A stretch of DNA of 63,301 nucleotides, filler included, from Reticulomyxa filosa (Eukaryota; Protista; Foraminifera), in assembly GCA_000512085.1 (NCBI GenBank). It is 23 parts of 23 records of this genome, joined end to end, with 100 filler letters (N's around TTAATTAATTAA, not from the genome) between each part and the next. Parts side by side here need not be neighbours in the genome. Positions count along the whole stretch, not along the records: positions 49,826 to 52,573 come from ASPP01015170.1; positions 52,674 to 53,850 come from ASPP01022241.1; positions 53,951 to 55,238 come from ASPP01032895.1; positions 55,339 to 56,835 come from ASPP01035927.1; positions 56,936 to 62,139 come from ASPP01007490.1; positions 62,240 to 63,301 come from ASPP01029326.1; 17 more parts are not named here. One strand, 5' to 3'. Below, piece by piece: positions 51,948 through 63,301 of the stretch (position 1 is the first letter of the stretch; every line of letters begins with the position of its first letter). The position numbers and the translations under genes are program-made. A model generated the notes under the pieces. That model searched no databases. It saw only the letters and a list, made by a program, of their open reading frames with translations, and was not told the DNA's origin.

Positions 51948-52523
51948 ATGGATTATTCAAATATAGACGTCGAGGACTTGCAAATAGTTGAGTGAAGCGT
52001 CTCCCTCTGTTTTGTAGATGTCTCTTGCGCAACTGCATCACAAAAAAATGCTGATTGAATTAGTACGGCGATACTCCAGGAGGGGATGAAAATGGCCATG
52101 AGATAGTGAACCCACAAAATTTGCCGATGGAAAAAAAATTGCAATTAGCAGAAAGAGCTAATGAAATATATCGCGAACAGGTAACAGTTCTAATCAAACG
52201 AATCTTGTCACTAGAAGGAAGAAAAAAAAAAAAAAAAAAAAGAACTACGTATAATTTCAAACAAACCCTGCAAAGACAGCCAAAGTTAAACCAAACAAAA
52301 TGAAACTTTAAAGGTGAAATATTTGCAAGATCATTTGAATGGTATGCGTGGATTAATCCAAGAAAAGGAATACATAATAGCGAACTTGATGTTGCGTTAC
52401 GACACGGGTGTGTTGCCTGTGGAAAAAGAGAGGAGTGAATCGAGTGTAAACATTGACAGAGAACTCCGACGAAAAGCAGAAGCGTTGGCACAGCGTACAA
52501 TTTTAGAAAATTTTGAATTGAGG
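51948..52523 (+). CDS. Coiled-coil protein, 5' exons
   Basis: MDYSNIDVEDLQI|YGDTPGGDENG..KLQLAERANEIYREQ|VKYLQDHL...ELRRKAEALAQRTILENFELR with in-frame GT..AG introns. Confidence 0.6.
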
Positions 52524-52673
52524 GTTTGTAGTACTTTTTTTTTTTTTTTTTTTTTTTTCCTTCGGTTCCAATTNNNNNNNNNNNNNNNNNNNNNNNNNNN
52601 NNNNNNNNNNNNNNNNNTTAATTAATTAANNNNNNNNNNNNNNNNNNNNNNNNNNNNNNNNNNNNNNNNNNNN

Positions 52674-53072
52674 ACTATAATGATATTTGGACCAATATTC
52701 ATTAATGGTCCCAATTCGATCGCTACTTTTTTCGTTATCCGTTTCTTGCAACTCGTGTTCTGAACATGTTCTGCAACAAATCCTCGGAATTTGACAATTT
52801 AATCGCTGCGTAGAGTTGTCCTTCGGAATAAACAGCAGTGTTTCCATCGCAAAGTTGCCTTCTTCGCATACGTCGTCACACAGACAACAACGGTTCATTT
52901 GCGGCCTCGCAGACAAATACATCTTTGCCGTTTCGTTTAAACTCGGTCGTAAGTCTTTCCATTCGCTATCACTTGACGTCACTTTCAGTTTCCAGTTACT
53001 TATCCAGTGTTTCGAGGTTTTCACTCTATAGCCTGTTATATCTCCTTTTTTATATTCTTCTGGCTCTGGCAT
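52674..53072 (-). CDS. Hypothetical protein with a putative Zn-binding Cys pair (CCLC...CCRTC), 3'-truncated
   Basis: ATG-initiated ORF, head-to-head with the G-beta gene across about 260 nt. Confidence 0.55.
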
Positions 53073-53331
53073 AATTCGTCAATAACTCAACCCAATAATT
53101 TTCAATTAAAAAGTTGAACTTAAGAAAAAGACCCTGTTTACTTGTTCAAAATTATTCTCGTAAAGAAGACTCAAACACAAAAATCCTTTTGCAAACATAT
53201 AAAATAATAATAATTCTATAGACAAAAAGGGCACGTGCATTCCATTTAGGTTACTACTTTTTACAAAGCTAAAACGACAAAGGGAGAGCGCTAGCCAAAC
53301 CAAAAAAACCTAGAGTTCATCAAGGTATAGG

Positions 53332-53821
53332 ATGACCTCACAAGCCCAAAAAGATTTGCAGGAATGCGAACGTTTGTGTGAAGAATTGAAAGAGAAAATA
53401 AAGAATGTTCGACAGGGCACAAGTAAGGTCTCTTTTCAGTCGTTTTCAAACCTGTTAACAAAAAATAACATAAAAAAAACTAAAAAACAGGTCAGTTTTT
53501 ATTGACCGAAACCGCAGGAAACCCAGAAACAAAAACGTACGAGCCAAAACAAAGAAAGCTATGTACGGGTCACTTTGGCAAGATCTACGCATTGCATTGG
53601 GGCCCTGACAGTCGTCACGTGGTGACAGCCTCACAAGATGGCAAATTAATAATTTGGAATGCATTGAGCGGCAATAAGCAATTGGCAATTACACTTAATA
53701 GTGCCTGGGTCATGACCTGTGCATTTGCTCCATCATATGACTACGTTGCCAGTGGTGGTTTAGACAACACTGTTTCCATTTTTCGAACAACTCCAAGAGA
53801 TAACACCGGTCCAAATGCTGG
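53332..53821 (+). CDS. GNB1: Heterotrimeric G-protein beta subunit, 5' part
   Basis: N-terminal coiled coil ([12 protein letters not shown]), then [31 protein letters not shown]...[23 protein letters not shown]. Confidence 0.95.
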
Positions 53822-53950
53822 CAAATTTAAATCCAAAGTTTTGAATTTTCNNNNNNNNNNNNNNNNNNNNNNNNNNNNNNNNNNNNNNNNNNNNTTAATT
53901 AATTAANNNNNNNNNNNNNNNNNNNNNNNNNNNNNNNNNNNNNNNNNNNN

Positions 53951-55238
53951 CAGATGATATTGGCACTGTCTATTAGCCACATGACCCTCCACCCTCCGAT
54001 TATAGTGTGATCAAATTGTCTTTTCTTCAAATCGTAGTTGAAGGACAATCAAACACCGGGCATTGCTAGTCAATTTGTGAACAAGGCTTCCAATGTATTA
54101 ATGCCGCCGTTGTCAAGTCTGGAAATAGGTGCGAGTATATGCGCATTTCATAACGTCCAGAAAATACAAATATCCGGATCGCGCTCGACAATCTTGGAAT
54201 GGCTTTGCAGATCTATCTACTGACATATGTCAACAATTACACTGCCGACCTTAAAAGATAACCATTCCACAAGTGACCACAGTAGATGATAAATGTAACG
54301 TGCTCTATTTGAAGGTATATATTATTTATATCATATTTTTAGCTGTTGTGATAATATCTTAATCAAAACAATGTTAGCGTAGACTTTTTCATTGTAGAAT
54401 GATGTACTCCAGGTTTGTAGTAAAATCAAGAGAAAGAGGGAGAGGCAGATCGAGAAGAATAAAAAAATATTAACTTAAGGAAATGAGAAAAGAAAAAAAG
54501 ATAATCAAGAACGCCGACGAATGATTATTGTTGACAAATGAATTATTCCAATAAATATGACAATGGTGATGATTGTTATAAGATGTGTAAATGTACTTAT
54601 AGAAGGATAAAATGTGTGCGAAGATAATCAACACAATGCAATTCATAAATGACGTTTACGTGCATGTTCACCAAAGAGTATAGATGATTGTGAATAACAT
54701 TATTGAAACCAAACGCAAATGGCAATGATATGTTATCTACTTTCAAGCTCACAACAGATTGGCATGCAATATCTTCATTCGATGCACTCCAATTCATCAA
54801 TGTACAGCATTTGGTCAAATATCGATCATCGACCTGTACATTTATTTGTGATTATGCTCTTTGTTGATCCCTCCTCCACCCCCCTCCACCTGATATCGAC
54901 ACATCAACGTATTAAAACATTTACAAGATACAATTAGTATGGTCTTCGCGTTGGGTTGGCGGAATATTTTCAATCGGAGTGTGCTGTCGTCCAGTAAGAT
55001 TGCTTCATTGATTCGGATGCTTTTGGATTGCAGTTTAAAAAAAAACATTGACATTCGCATCTTTCTTTCTGGGCAATTTGGATGGATTTTTTGTTTGTTG
55101 ATTTTACAACAATTAGAGTACGATGATTCCATAAGTAGTTGGCATTGAGAAGAAGACGTACAGATATGTTGGAGCAAGTAAATCCAATACCAAATGAATT
55201 CGATCAAACGTCTAGAAGAACCAGCGTTTTTGCGGAAA
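53951..55238 (+). pseudogene. Degraded coding-like sequence
   Basis: Protein-like fragments with frequent stops and frameshifts. Family not identified. Confidence 0.3.
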
Positions 55239-55338
55239 NNNNNNNNNNNNNNNNNNNNNNNNNNNNNNNNNNNNNNNNNNNNTTAATTAATTAANNNNNN
55301 NNNNNNNNNNNNNNNNNNNNNNNNNNNNNNNNNNNNNN

Positions 55339-55856
55339 GTGGAAATGGATATACAATTTGTTCTGGATCACATGATAATACCATTCGAATATGGGATATT
55401 GAAACAACCAAACAATTTAATGTATTCAAAGGACATAAACATTGGATTATACGTGTAAAATATGGATCAAATGAATTATTGAATACAATATTATCTGGAT
55501 CTGCAGATAAAAGTGTTCGTTGTGGGATATTCAATCTGGTCACAAGTCCAAGTGTTCAATAGAAATACAAGTATTATATGATCTGTTGAATATTCACCTT
55601 TATAATAAAGTATAGCATTTGTAATTCAAATGTGATATGCTCTGGATCAATTGATAATATATTCGTTTTTGGGATATTCGATCAAATAGGAATTAATTGC
55701 ATATGATTAAAGGAGATGATGGAGATGGAGGAATAATTTTTTGGAGTCTTTATAATTAAAAAAGAATGAAAAGAAGAGAAAAATCACTGGTGATATTGGT
55801 TGTGGTATTAATTTGTTACGGTCCACATGATGGTTTTATCCGTATCTGGGGATAGT
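55339..55856 (+). pseudogene. WD40-repeat pseudogene (a second WD40 family)
   Basis: GNGYTICSGSHDNTIRIWDIETTKQFNVFKGH...ILSGSADKSVR, then several frameshifts and stops, ending GSHDGFIRIWG*. Confidence 0.85.
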
Positions 55857-57126
55857 GAAGACATCTTGTTGGATGATCAGTATTTTCATTTAAACTCTTA
55901 ATCACTGTGTTGACTATTCACTTCAAAATTGACTTTGATAATAAAATGTATTAAACAAGCTGTTGAGACAAAATCATACAACTGTGGTGTGTTATTCAAC
56001 TTCAAATACTTAAGCTTAAACAAAATACATTAGTGTCAAAATAAAATCGAACATATTTCTTATCAATTTCTTTGAAATCTTTAATAAGTTTTGGAAAGTT
56101 GGACTTATAAAAGAGATAAAAATGGACTCTTTCTGTTGAATTAAGATAAAATTGAAATAGGCTTGATTAGTGGATGCATTACGACGATGAAATGCTCCTG
56201 TTTGAATAGTATATACATTTGCTTTTGTAATAAGTGCTTGATCAAATGATATTCAATGTATACCTCTTGATATGGAATTTTCAATTGTTTCGAAAGTAAG
56301 TTCATCAATTCTGAGTGACTGGGAATATGTAGCGATTATTCTTTCTTTGCATTTGATTTACTATCACCTTTTACTTTGTTTGTACTTCCACGCATTGTAC
56401 ATTTATTTGAATTGAATGACATAGTCAATGCTTTACAATCGGTAACAAATTCCTCTCACAAAAAGAAAGACATGACTTATTGTTATCACTGCAATATAAA
56501 TGTTTCAACCTTACTATATCTAATTTGGCTATATTTTTAACATATCCTTTTAACTTTCTTCATTTTGATAAATATTTAAACAACTTCATTAAAAAAATGC
56601 AATTAAACATGAGTGCATCAAATCACTTTCATTCTTTAAAGGAGGTATATTCAATAAAACCGTTTTATCCATCGATTGTTCAACTAACCAAAACAAATTC
56701 CAATATTTTACACAAACTTAAACAAATACAAGGAGCTTTATGACCAACCACCAAATTCAACAAATTTAAAATCAAAAAATCACGAACAAATAAAAAAAAA
56801 AAAAAAGGAAAACTATGAGCCAGGCGGCACGGAGTNNNNNNNNNNNNNNNNNNNNNNNNNNNNNNNNNNNNNNNNNNNNTTAATTAATTAANNNNNNNNN
56901 NNNNNNNNNNNNNNNNNNNNNNNNNNNNNNNNNNNTTTTTAAATCTTTTTGTTTTCATTTTAGTAATCTTCAAGTCACGCAGATACTTTTAAAAAAAGAA
57001 TTAGCATCGTATCTTTCGTAATTTTTAACAAAATTTTGAATTTTTTTAAAAAATATTTTTTTATTTAAAATTTTTTTTTGTAATGTTTTTAGTATTTTGT
57101 TGATTTTCCTTGTGGCATTAGCTCAA

Positions 57127-57593
57127 CTAGAGCTTAACATAGTTTAGTGTCAGTTTTTTCAAATTTTTCACAAAGTTATTGTTTGTTGCTAATTTTTTCG
57201 CATTTATATAATTTACTTTAATTATCCACCAAGCGCTCTCAATTGGATTTAGGTTTGTTGAATTAGTAGTAAAATTTATCAGTTCTATCATTTTCTTAAA
57301 CCAATCCATTATTTTTTTAGTTTTGTGACATGATGAATCTTCTCTGACTTGCCAGATCCAGCTTTTCTTTTTACGATTCCATTACATTTATACGACGACA
57401 GCCAAATCGAAGCTATACTTATAAAAATTTCTTTGCTACAGATCAAAGCTAGCTCCACCAACCAGCATACTAACATCAACTTTTTTCTTAAAAGCAATCA
57501 AATGTTTCACCATTTTAAATATCAAAATTTTAAATGTCAATTAAAAATATCAACAATAAAGAAAATTAGCAAAAAAAATTTTAATATCTACTG
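57127..57593 (-). mobile_element. Internally deleted, degenerate Tc1-like element
   Basis: KRKAGSGK (Tc1 N-terminal RxxGSGRP linker) lies only about 100 nt from NSTNLNPIESAW (the SPDLNPIE motif). Candidate terminus TA|CAGTAG at 57595-57588. Confidence 0.7.
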
Positions 57594-57741
57594 TATAACT
57601 TCATATACCATAATTTTCTATGCACAGATAAGAGTAGTCTAAAAAAAAAGAAAAAGGGTTTTCAAAAATTTAATGCCAAAGCGTAAGCATCAATTTACCA
57701 AATTGTTGGACTTGATATCCTTATTTTTGAAAAGGGTTTTA

Positions 57742-58056
57742 TCAATGAATGGATCTGACCATTTGTAAAAAAAATAAAGTGAAGTCTATATCACCGTGGT
57801 CCTTTAATATGACAATGCCCGATCTAACTGCGGAACATCTCTTATCAATAGAGCCATCCCGAGTGAAGGTGAGTCCTCCCGTTTTAACAAGACTCGATCT
57901 TTGATCAACACGTGCTGGACTTTTTGCTAATATGCTTGCAGCAGTTGATCTTTTTGAGCTTTTTGTTGAAAAGGTTCTACTGCTAATCTTTTCCATCGCG
58001 CCTTGTAATTCCAACGTTCCACTTTCCTGAGATGCTAACACCGAATAGGATCGCAT
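57742..58056 (-). CDS. Hypothetical protein or pseudogene with tandem 20-aa repeats
   Basis: VDQRSSLVKTGGLTFTRDGS / IDKRCSAVRSGIVILKDHGD / IDF. Confidence 0.45.
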   Translation of the reverse strand: MRSYSVLASQESGTLELQGAMEKISSRTFSTKSSKRSTAASILAKSPARVDQRSSLVKTGGLTFTRDGSIDKRCSAVRSGIVILKDHGDIDFTLFFLQMVRSIH

Positions 58057-59498
58057 TGCTCTCTCATCAAATAGAGAATCGCTATTATAACAAGTATACT
58101 GAACTTGATTATCCGATTTTCATTCGGTGACAATGTCCATCTTTTGTCTTTTAGTTTTTTCGTACAAGCCGAATTGAAATACTTGTGTTTTTGTTGAGCA
58201 TGTGCTGTAACCTTGCTTCCTTTAGAATCTTGAGAAGCAGATTTCAGCGAACAGAGCAAAGAAAGAAAACTCTTTTTCAGCGGACATTGCTTTTTGGACC
58301 AAGTCAAAAAAAATCTTGTTTACATTCCTTTTTAAAACTGTTAGTGTAGCCGTTGCTGCAAAAAAGTATTTAATTTAATGACAAAATAAAATTACTGGCT
58401 AGTTTCACTGATATTCATATCATTACAAAAAGCAGCTTAAGAAAGTCAAAAAAAATTGCTTCAGTTAATGAGCAATATTGCCACTACAAGTTGAATAAGT
58501 ACAAAACAAGGTGTCAAAACAAAATATATCAACAAGCCACTCATATTTGAAGTAGCAAGTGATTGGCATTCAGTAATAAAGAAGTTGTTGAATAAACTTG
58601 CTGAAATTTTAGGAAAAAAAGAAAATCTAGAAATAGCTTTCGTTCCTGACATGGCAATGCAGAAATGAAATGCCATTGTCATATGCATGCATTGCAAAAA
58701 TGCCAAAAATATTTTTGCATAGAGTAAATTCAAGTCTGTATACACTCAAGAATTTTTTATCATTTGTTTCAGTTTTTCCCCTTAAAATTCTCTATGGTGA
58801 TACTCCTAGTCAGAGTGAAGTCATAATGACTCAAATCACTTTTTAATTTAATTTAAAGCTCGCTTTTTTTCAATAGTACTTCCAGATTCCTGTGCCTGTT
58901 ATTATTGTTTATATTTTTTTCAAAAAATTTTTACGTTGTTGGGTTGTGGCAACGTTTTTTTTGTTTTGTGGATTTTCCCTCGGCTTGGTTTTCTTGCATT
59001 AAAGAAGATTTACTCGTACTTTGTTTCAAAATTTACTTCGGATGTGAATGTTATGTCATAATTTATGGATTCTTTTCTTTTCACAAATTAACAAGTGTTT
59101 TTTACCTACGTTTCAAAAGCTTGTCTCACTTCTTGTGTTTTTTGTAGCTAATTTAGAGATAGTCTCCTCATTTAAAGGCTGTAAATAAATGTGTCTTTCA
59201 CGTTTGAAACTTTCTTACATAAAGCTTTTCTGTTATGAACCGTAAAATGAGGGGATTGTAAAGTGACAAATTAGGCATATTTTTCTTTGCAGTTGATGTA
59301 TGCAAATTCTGCTTTGATCCTGTTGCATAGTTTTGAGCATGCTTAATGGCACGAAATTTTTTATTTCAAAGACTTTTAGTTTTACCCAAGAAAGGACATT
59401 GAAAGAAAAATACTCACCATCAATTCGACCACAAAAAAAAAGCAGTCACATTCAAAAAAAGAACACTTTGACACAAAAAAAAATGTAACATTTTAATT

Positions 59499-60958
59499 TT
59501 ACTCTTCGTCTTCTTGCTTTGTTGATCCGGTGTTGTTTGCCTTCAAATTGAAGTTCTTCAAATTAAAATTTCTTGAAAGTTGATCATACGCTTGCTCTCA
59601 ACAACGTATCCACAAGATACAACAGCCAAATAGAAAATAGGTTTCATTGCAAGTGACGCACAATAATAAGGTGCCAAGCGTTTGTCAGCATTCTCAATGT
59701 AACCAGTCAAATACTGTAATTTTGTTTTTACCATTTATTGGTTTACGTATTAAAAAAAAAAATTGTCAATGTAAAAAAAAAGTATATTAACCTGATAACG
59801 AGAGTACGCGCCTGCTAAACTCAAGGCACCAACAGCGCGTGCAACCCATGCACCAAACATTTCATGGCCAAATGTAGAAGCAATATCGACGGTGCATACA
59901 TCAAAAACGATTCTTTACAATTTTCCTTTTTAATAATTGTAAAGAATGTTCTATTTTTTCCTCCCTCTTTTTTTCCCACTAGCCGATTTAAACAAAAAGA
60001 AACACAAAATTTGAGCACTGAAAGTTCGGTACCATAATTGCGCTTTTTGTGGATCAGTTCCTTGAGGATCATAGTTTGGAGCGATAATACTCAACTGGTT
60101 TTTTAATTCTCCCGCTTTGGAAATGCTACTTGCCACAACCGCAGAATGGGCCAGATATGCAACTGCAGAGAAAGTCGGAGTAGTGTAATAAATCTTCATT
60201 CTCAAACAACTGTGATGCCGCCCAACGTTCTGGTATACGTAATTATATCCGTTCATTCATACGTTGAATTATTACATACTCTGTTTTTTTTTTCAAAGGA
60301 CAAAAACAAAAAGCTATGAACACATAAAAAAAAAAAATAGGTAAACATCGACAAAACGGAATAAACACAAGTACGTACACATATATACGTTCAGTCCAGA
60401 TTTTTTCTAACTCCTCCCCCTTGCCATTTGTTTACCCATAGACTACACATATACGTACATAAAACATGTATATGTACGTAGAAGAAGAGGCCCTAACCGA
60501 TATATCCAACAGTAATAATTACTTCAACAATGTCGCTGTCAAAGCTAATACCTCGAAGTACATTTAGTGGATCCACATCCACATAGATTGCACAAACCCA
60601 TTCGCCATCTGCTAACTCAACTGTGGTTCTCGTTCCATTACCTTTTGGGTTATTTGCAAGGTTTTCCCTTGTAATGCATTATTTTATGTTTTCTTTTTTT
60701 TTAACTTGTCTCCATAAAGGGCATTTGCTGATCCCCAAAACAACTTGAATGCACCTATTCATTCGAATAAACCATCATTTTTTTGTATTGGTCATTTTTC
60801 TATTACAAAATAAAACAAGAGTGCATACTAAACAAAGGAGTCACAAGTTGCTCAATACTAAATTTAGCAATGGTGATGCTTTGACCAGAAGGTCCTAAAG
60901 GTCCCGTGGCAGTCCCTGATGTTAAGCCATAGGCTGAAGATAAATGAACAACCACCAT
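59499..60958 (-). pseudogene. Multi-exon gene copy with stops and a frameshift; possible jacalin-like N-terminal region and hydrophobic C-terminus
   Basis: Exon fragments TGPLGPSGQ, RTTVELADGEWVCAIYVDVDPLNVLRGISFDSD and MKIYYTTP. It has a 1-nt deletion at ~59597 relative to the paralogue at 61992-62139. Confidence 0.45.
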
Positions 60959-61991
60959 TTTTTAGTATGTAACAATAATACTACCAAAGACAAGAAAAGC
61001 AAAAACAACACTGAAAAAACAAGGTTTTTTGTTTTAACTAAAGACTATGATTTGTCATCTTATTTGTTCTGCTCGTATTCTCTAAAATAATGTGGCAATC
61101 ATAAAGTGATACTCGTAATTTGATATTTTTGTTTGCAATATCCATAAAGATAAGATTCTTTGATAATACTAATGTCTATAACTGTCAGTTCAGACGTCGT
61201 GTTTTATATATGAACGTTTTCAAATAGACTACAGCGCACATTAAAGTAGAGAACGGTACAGCTTCACTAAATAAAACAAATTGAATTAATAAACAAACAG
61301 AACAAAAGATTTAAATATGTCATCACAATTAATCTTTGTTTGGTGTGATATTATTAGTTTCTTCCGGAAACATGTAATAAAAAAATGATAAGAAATTTTT
61401 ATGTTTTGATTTTGGTAATTACAAATTCTTCACTATAAGCAACGGAATATTCTACTTTCACAATTTATGGGGGACAATCAAATTGACTGTTGAAAGGCTC
61501 GTAACTATCACTTATTTGTGCACGCCAATACTTATCAAATTTGTATCTAAAATGTATTAATTCATCTTTTCTAAGCGAATATACATCTCTTTTCTCTCTA
61601 CCTGAGCATGAACTGTTTTTTTCAAGAAAGTTTTTTCTTTAAACAAAATAACATACGTATGGAAGTATATATGTTGTATACGTTTTAAAAGGCTCGTGAT
61701 CGTCAATTCCTATTTCCAACCCTTTCGTGTGGACAAAAATTGAACGAGCTTTTTTCCCCCAAAAGATCTACCAAAAAGGAGAAAGAATCGTGCCATATCC
61801 AGACAAAGAATCGACTTTGTCAGGAAAAATCTTTTCCAACAACAATTTGCTCCCTTAGAAGGGACACATGACATTTAAAAAAAAGTTCTCGCAACCAATT
61901 TGACCACTCAAAAAAAAAATGATACATCCAAAAACATTGGTTGAACATTGAAACACAAAAAACAAATTTTTTCAATTACACTTATCGCCAC

Positions 61992-62139
61992 TTACTCTTC
62001 GTCTTCTTGCTTCGTGCATCTGGTGTTTTTTGCCTTTAAATTGAAGTTTAATTTCAGATTGGTGTTTCTTGAAAGTTGAGCATACGCTTGCTTCCCAACA
62101 ACGTATCCACAAGATACAACAGCCAAATAGAAAATAGGT
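61992..62139 (-). CDS. 3' end of a tandem paralogue of the 59499-60958 gene
   Basis: Near-identical to 59499-59643 and open in frame: PIFYLAVVSCGYVVGKQAYAQLSRN...KQEDEE*. Confidence 0.7.
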
Positions 62140-63301
62140 NNNNNNNNNNNNNNNNNNNNNNNNNNNNNNNNNNNNNNNNNNNNTTAATTAATTAANNNNN
62201 NNNNNNNNNNNNNNNNNNNNNNNNNNNNNNNNNNNNNNNGTGACACAATGTTTTGATTGATAATTTGATATAATTTTCATTTGATAAAACAAATCAATAA
62301 TACAATAACTAACTCAAATAATAGTTGCTGAATTGAAAAAAATAATTTTCTATTTACATGAACAAAAACAGGGTCATTTTTTAAAAATAGGTTCAAAAAA
62401 ATTAAAAAATGACCCACAAGTTCAAGAAAATGACCCACAATAGTAAATCTTCGTGAATATTCTTTTGCAACTTTTATGTACAATATAGTTGCTTTGAAAG
62501 TTGAGAAAATGACTGATTATTTTGATCTGCTTGTCATTTCTTTTTTTTGTTTTCACACGTCATCAAACAAAAAAAGGAAAAAAGTTCCTTTTTGAAAACT
62601 GTTATCAATTTTTTGATAAATTGTGAATTTTATGTATTGATTGTTTGTGCAAATCTGAAACACAAAAAACATGATTCCAATTATTAAATATTATTATTGA
62701 GCATATGAAATGTAAAAATTTGCACGATTGATATTTTTCACTTCAATAACAGACGAAAAACAATAATTCACATCAAACAATGTCTTTTGGTTTTTGTTAA
62801 TAAAAAATTCTATTAGTAACATATAGATATTTATTAAATCGATAACAGTTGAAAAATGACTATATAGAGTTAAGAAAAAGAATTGTTATTAAATAAGCAG
62901 CTACGTTGCAACATACAAATGTCAATGCCTCCATTTTTCACTTGATTATCAAAATTATTTGCGTATTCGTATGTATATTCTTTATTAATTCATTAAATGA
63001 TTTTTTATTAGTGTAAAATTACTTATGATTGGATTGCAATCTTTGAAAATCTTGTTACTTTTTCGTTGTTACAATGTATAGACACTTCTTCTTGTTAAAG
63101 TATGTCTTCTTTATCGATAGTAATCAGCTTAGACTCTCGTTTGAAATTGGTTTCGTCCAACAAATAAACTTCTTCATGTGTTTACAATACAAGTTTTTCA
63201 TTTCAATACTAAGTCAAAATAATTCATACTTTGATGCTTTTGAAATAAAGTTTTTATGTGAAATATGTTTGGAATTTGTCCTGTATCAGCACGCATGTTG
63301 A

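Noticed and set aside
1622-62239. Regularly recurring TTAATTAATTAA palindromes as a repeat array or CRISPR-like structure
   Set aside because: Always flanked by exactly 44 N on each side; an artificial six-frame-stop linker.
62402-62440. Short direct repeat AAAATGACCCACAA x2
   Set aside because: Only two copies in AT-rich DNA, with no supporting context.

Overview
This window is not one locus. It is 23 short contigs joined by 22 artificial 100-nt linkers (N44-TTAATTAATTAA-N44), so adjacency across linkers means nothing. Twenty-two contigs are AT-rich, intron-containing protist DNA with frequent homopolymer indels. Composition, WD40 families and pseudogene load suggest a foraminiferan such as Reticulomyxa (inference, not verified). 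One contig (3842-5511) is GC-rich bacterial DNA with tandem flagellins, flaG, a sigma-28 promoter and terminators. Recognisable eukaryotic genes: SLC35A sugar transporter, NDUFS8, SEC61A, G-beta, CCDC93, an extended SDR, a Munc13-like MUN+C2 protein, WD40 and RCC1 repeat proteins, and two Tc1 remnants. The most interesting signal is an unusual set of ubiquitin-system genes. (i) Two separate fragments of RNF213/mysterin-like AAA+ E3 ligase genes, one covering AAA1-AAA2 and one ending in an RZ finger that keeps the catalytic-Cys spacing, which suggests animal-type antibacterial ubiquitylation machinery in a protist. (ii) A RING-H2 E3 built from at least three tandem p97/CDC48 Nc-subdomain-like repeats plus an MIU-like motif. 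(iii) A ubiquitin-domain protein ending RLRGS instead of GG. Many inferred introns start GTT rather than GTR. All homology calls come from motif recognition by eye; no searches were run.
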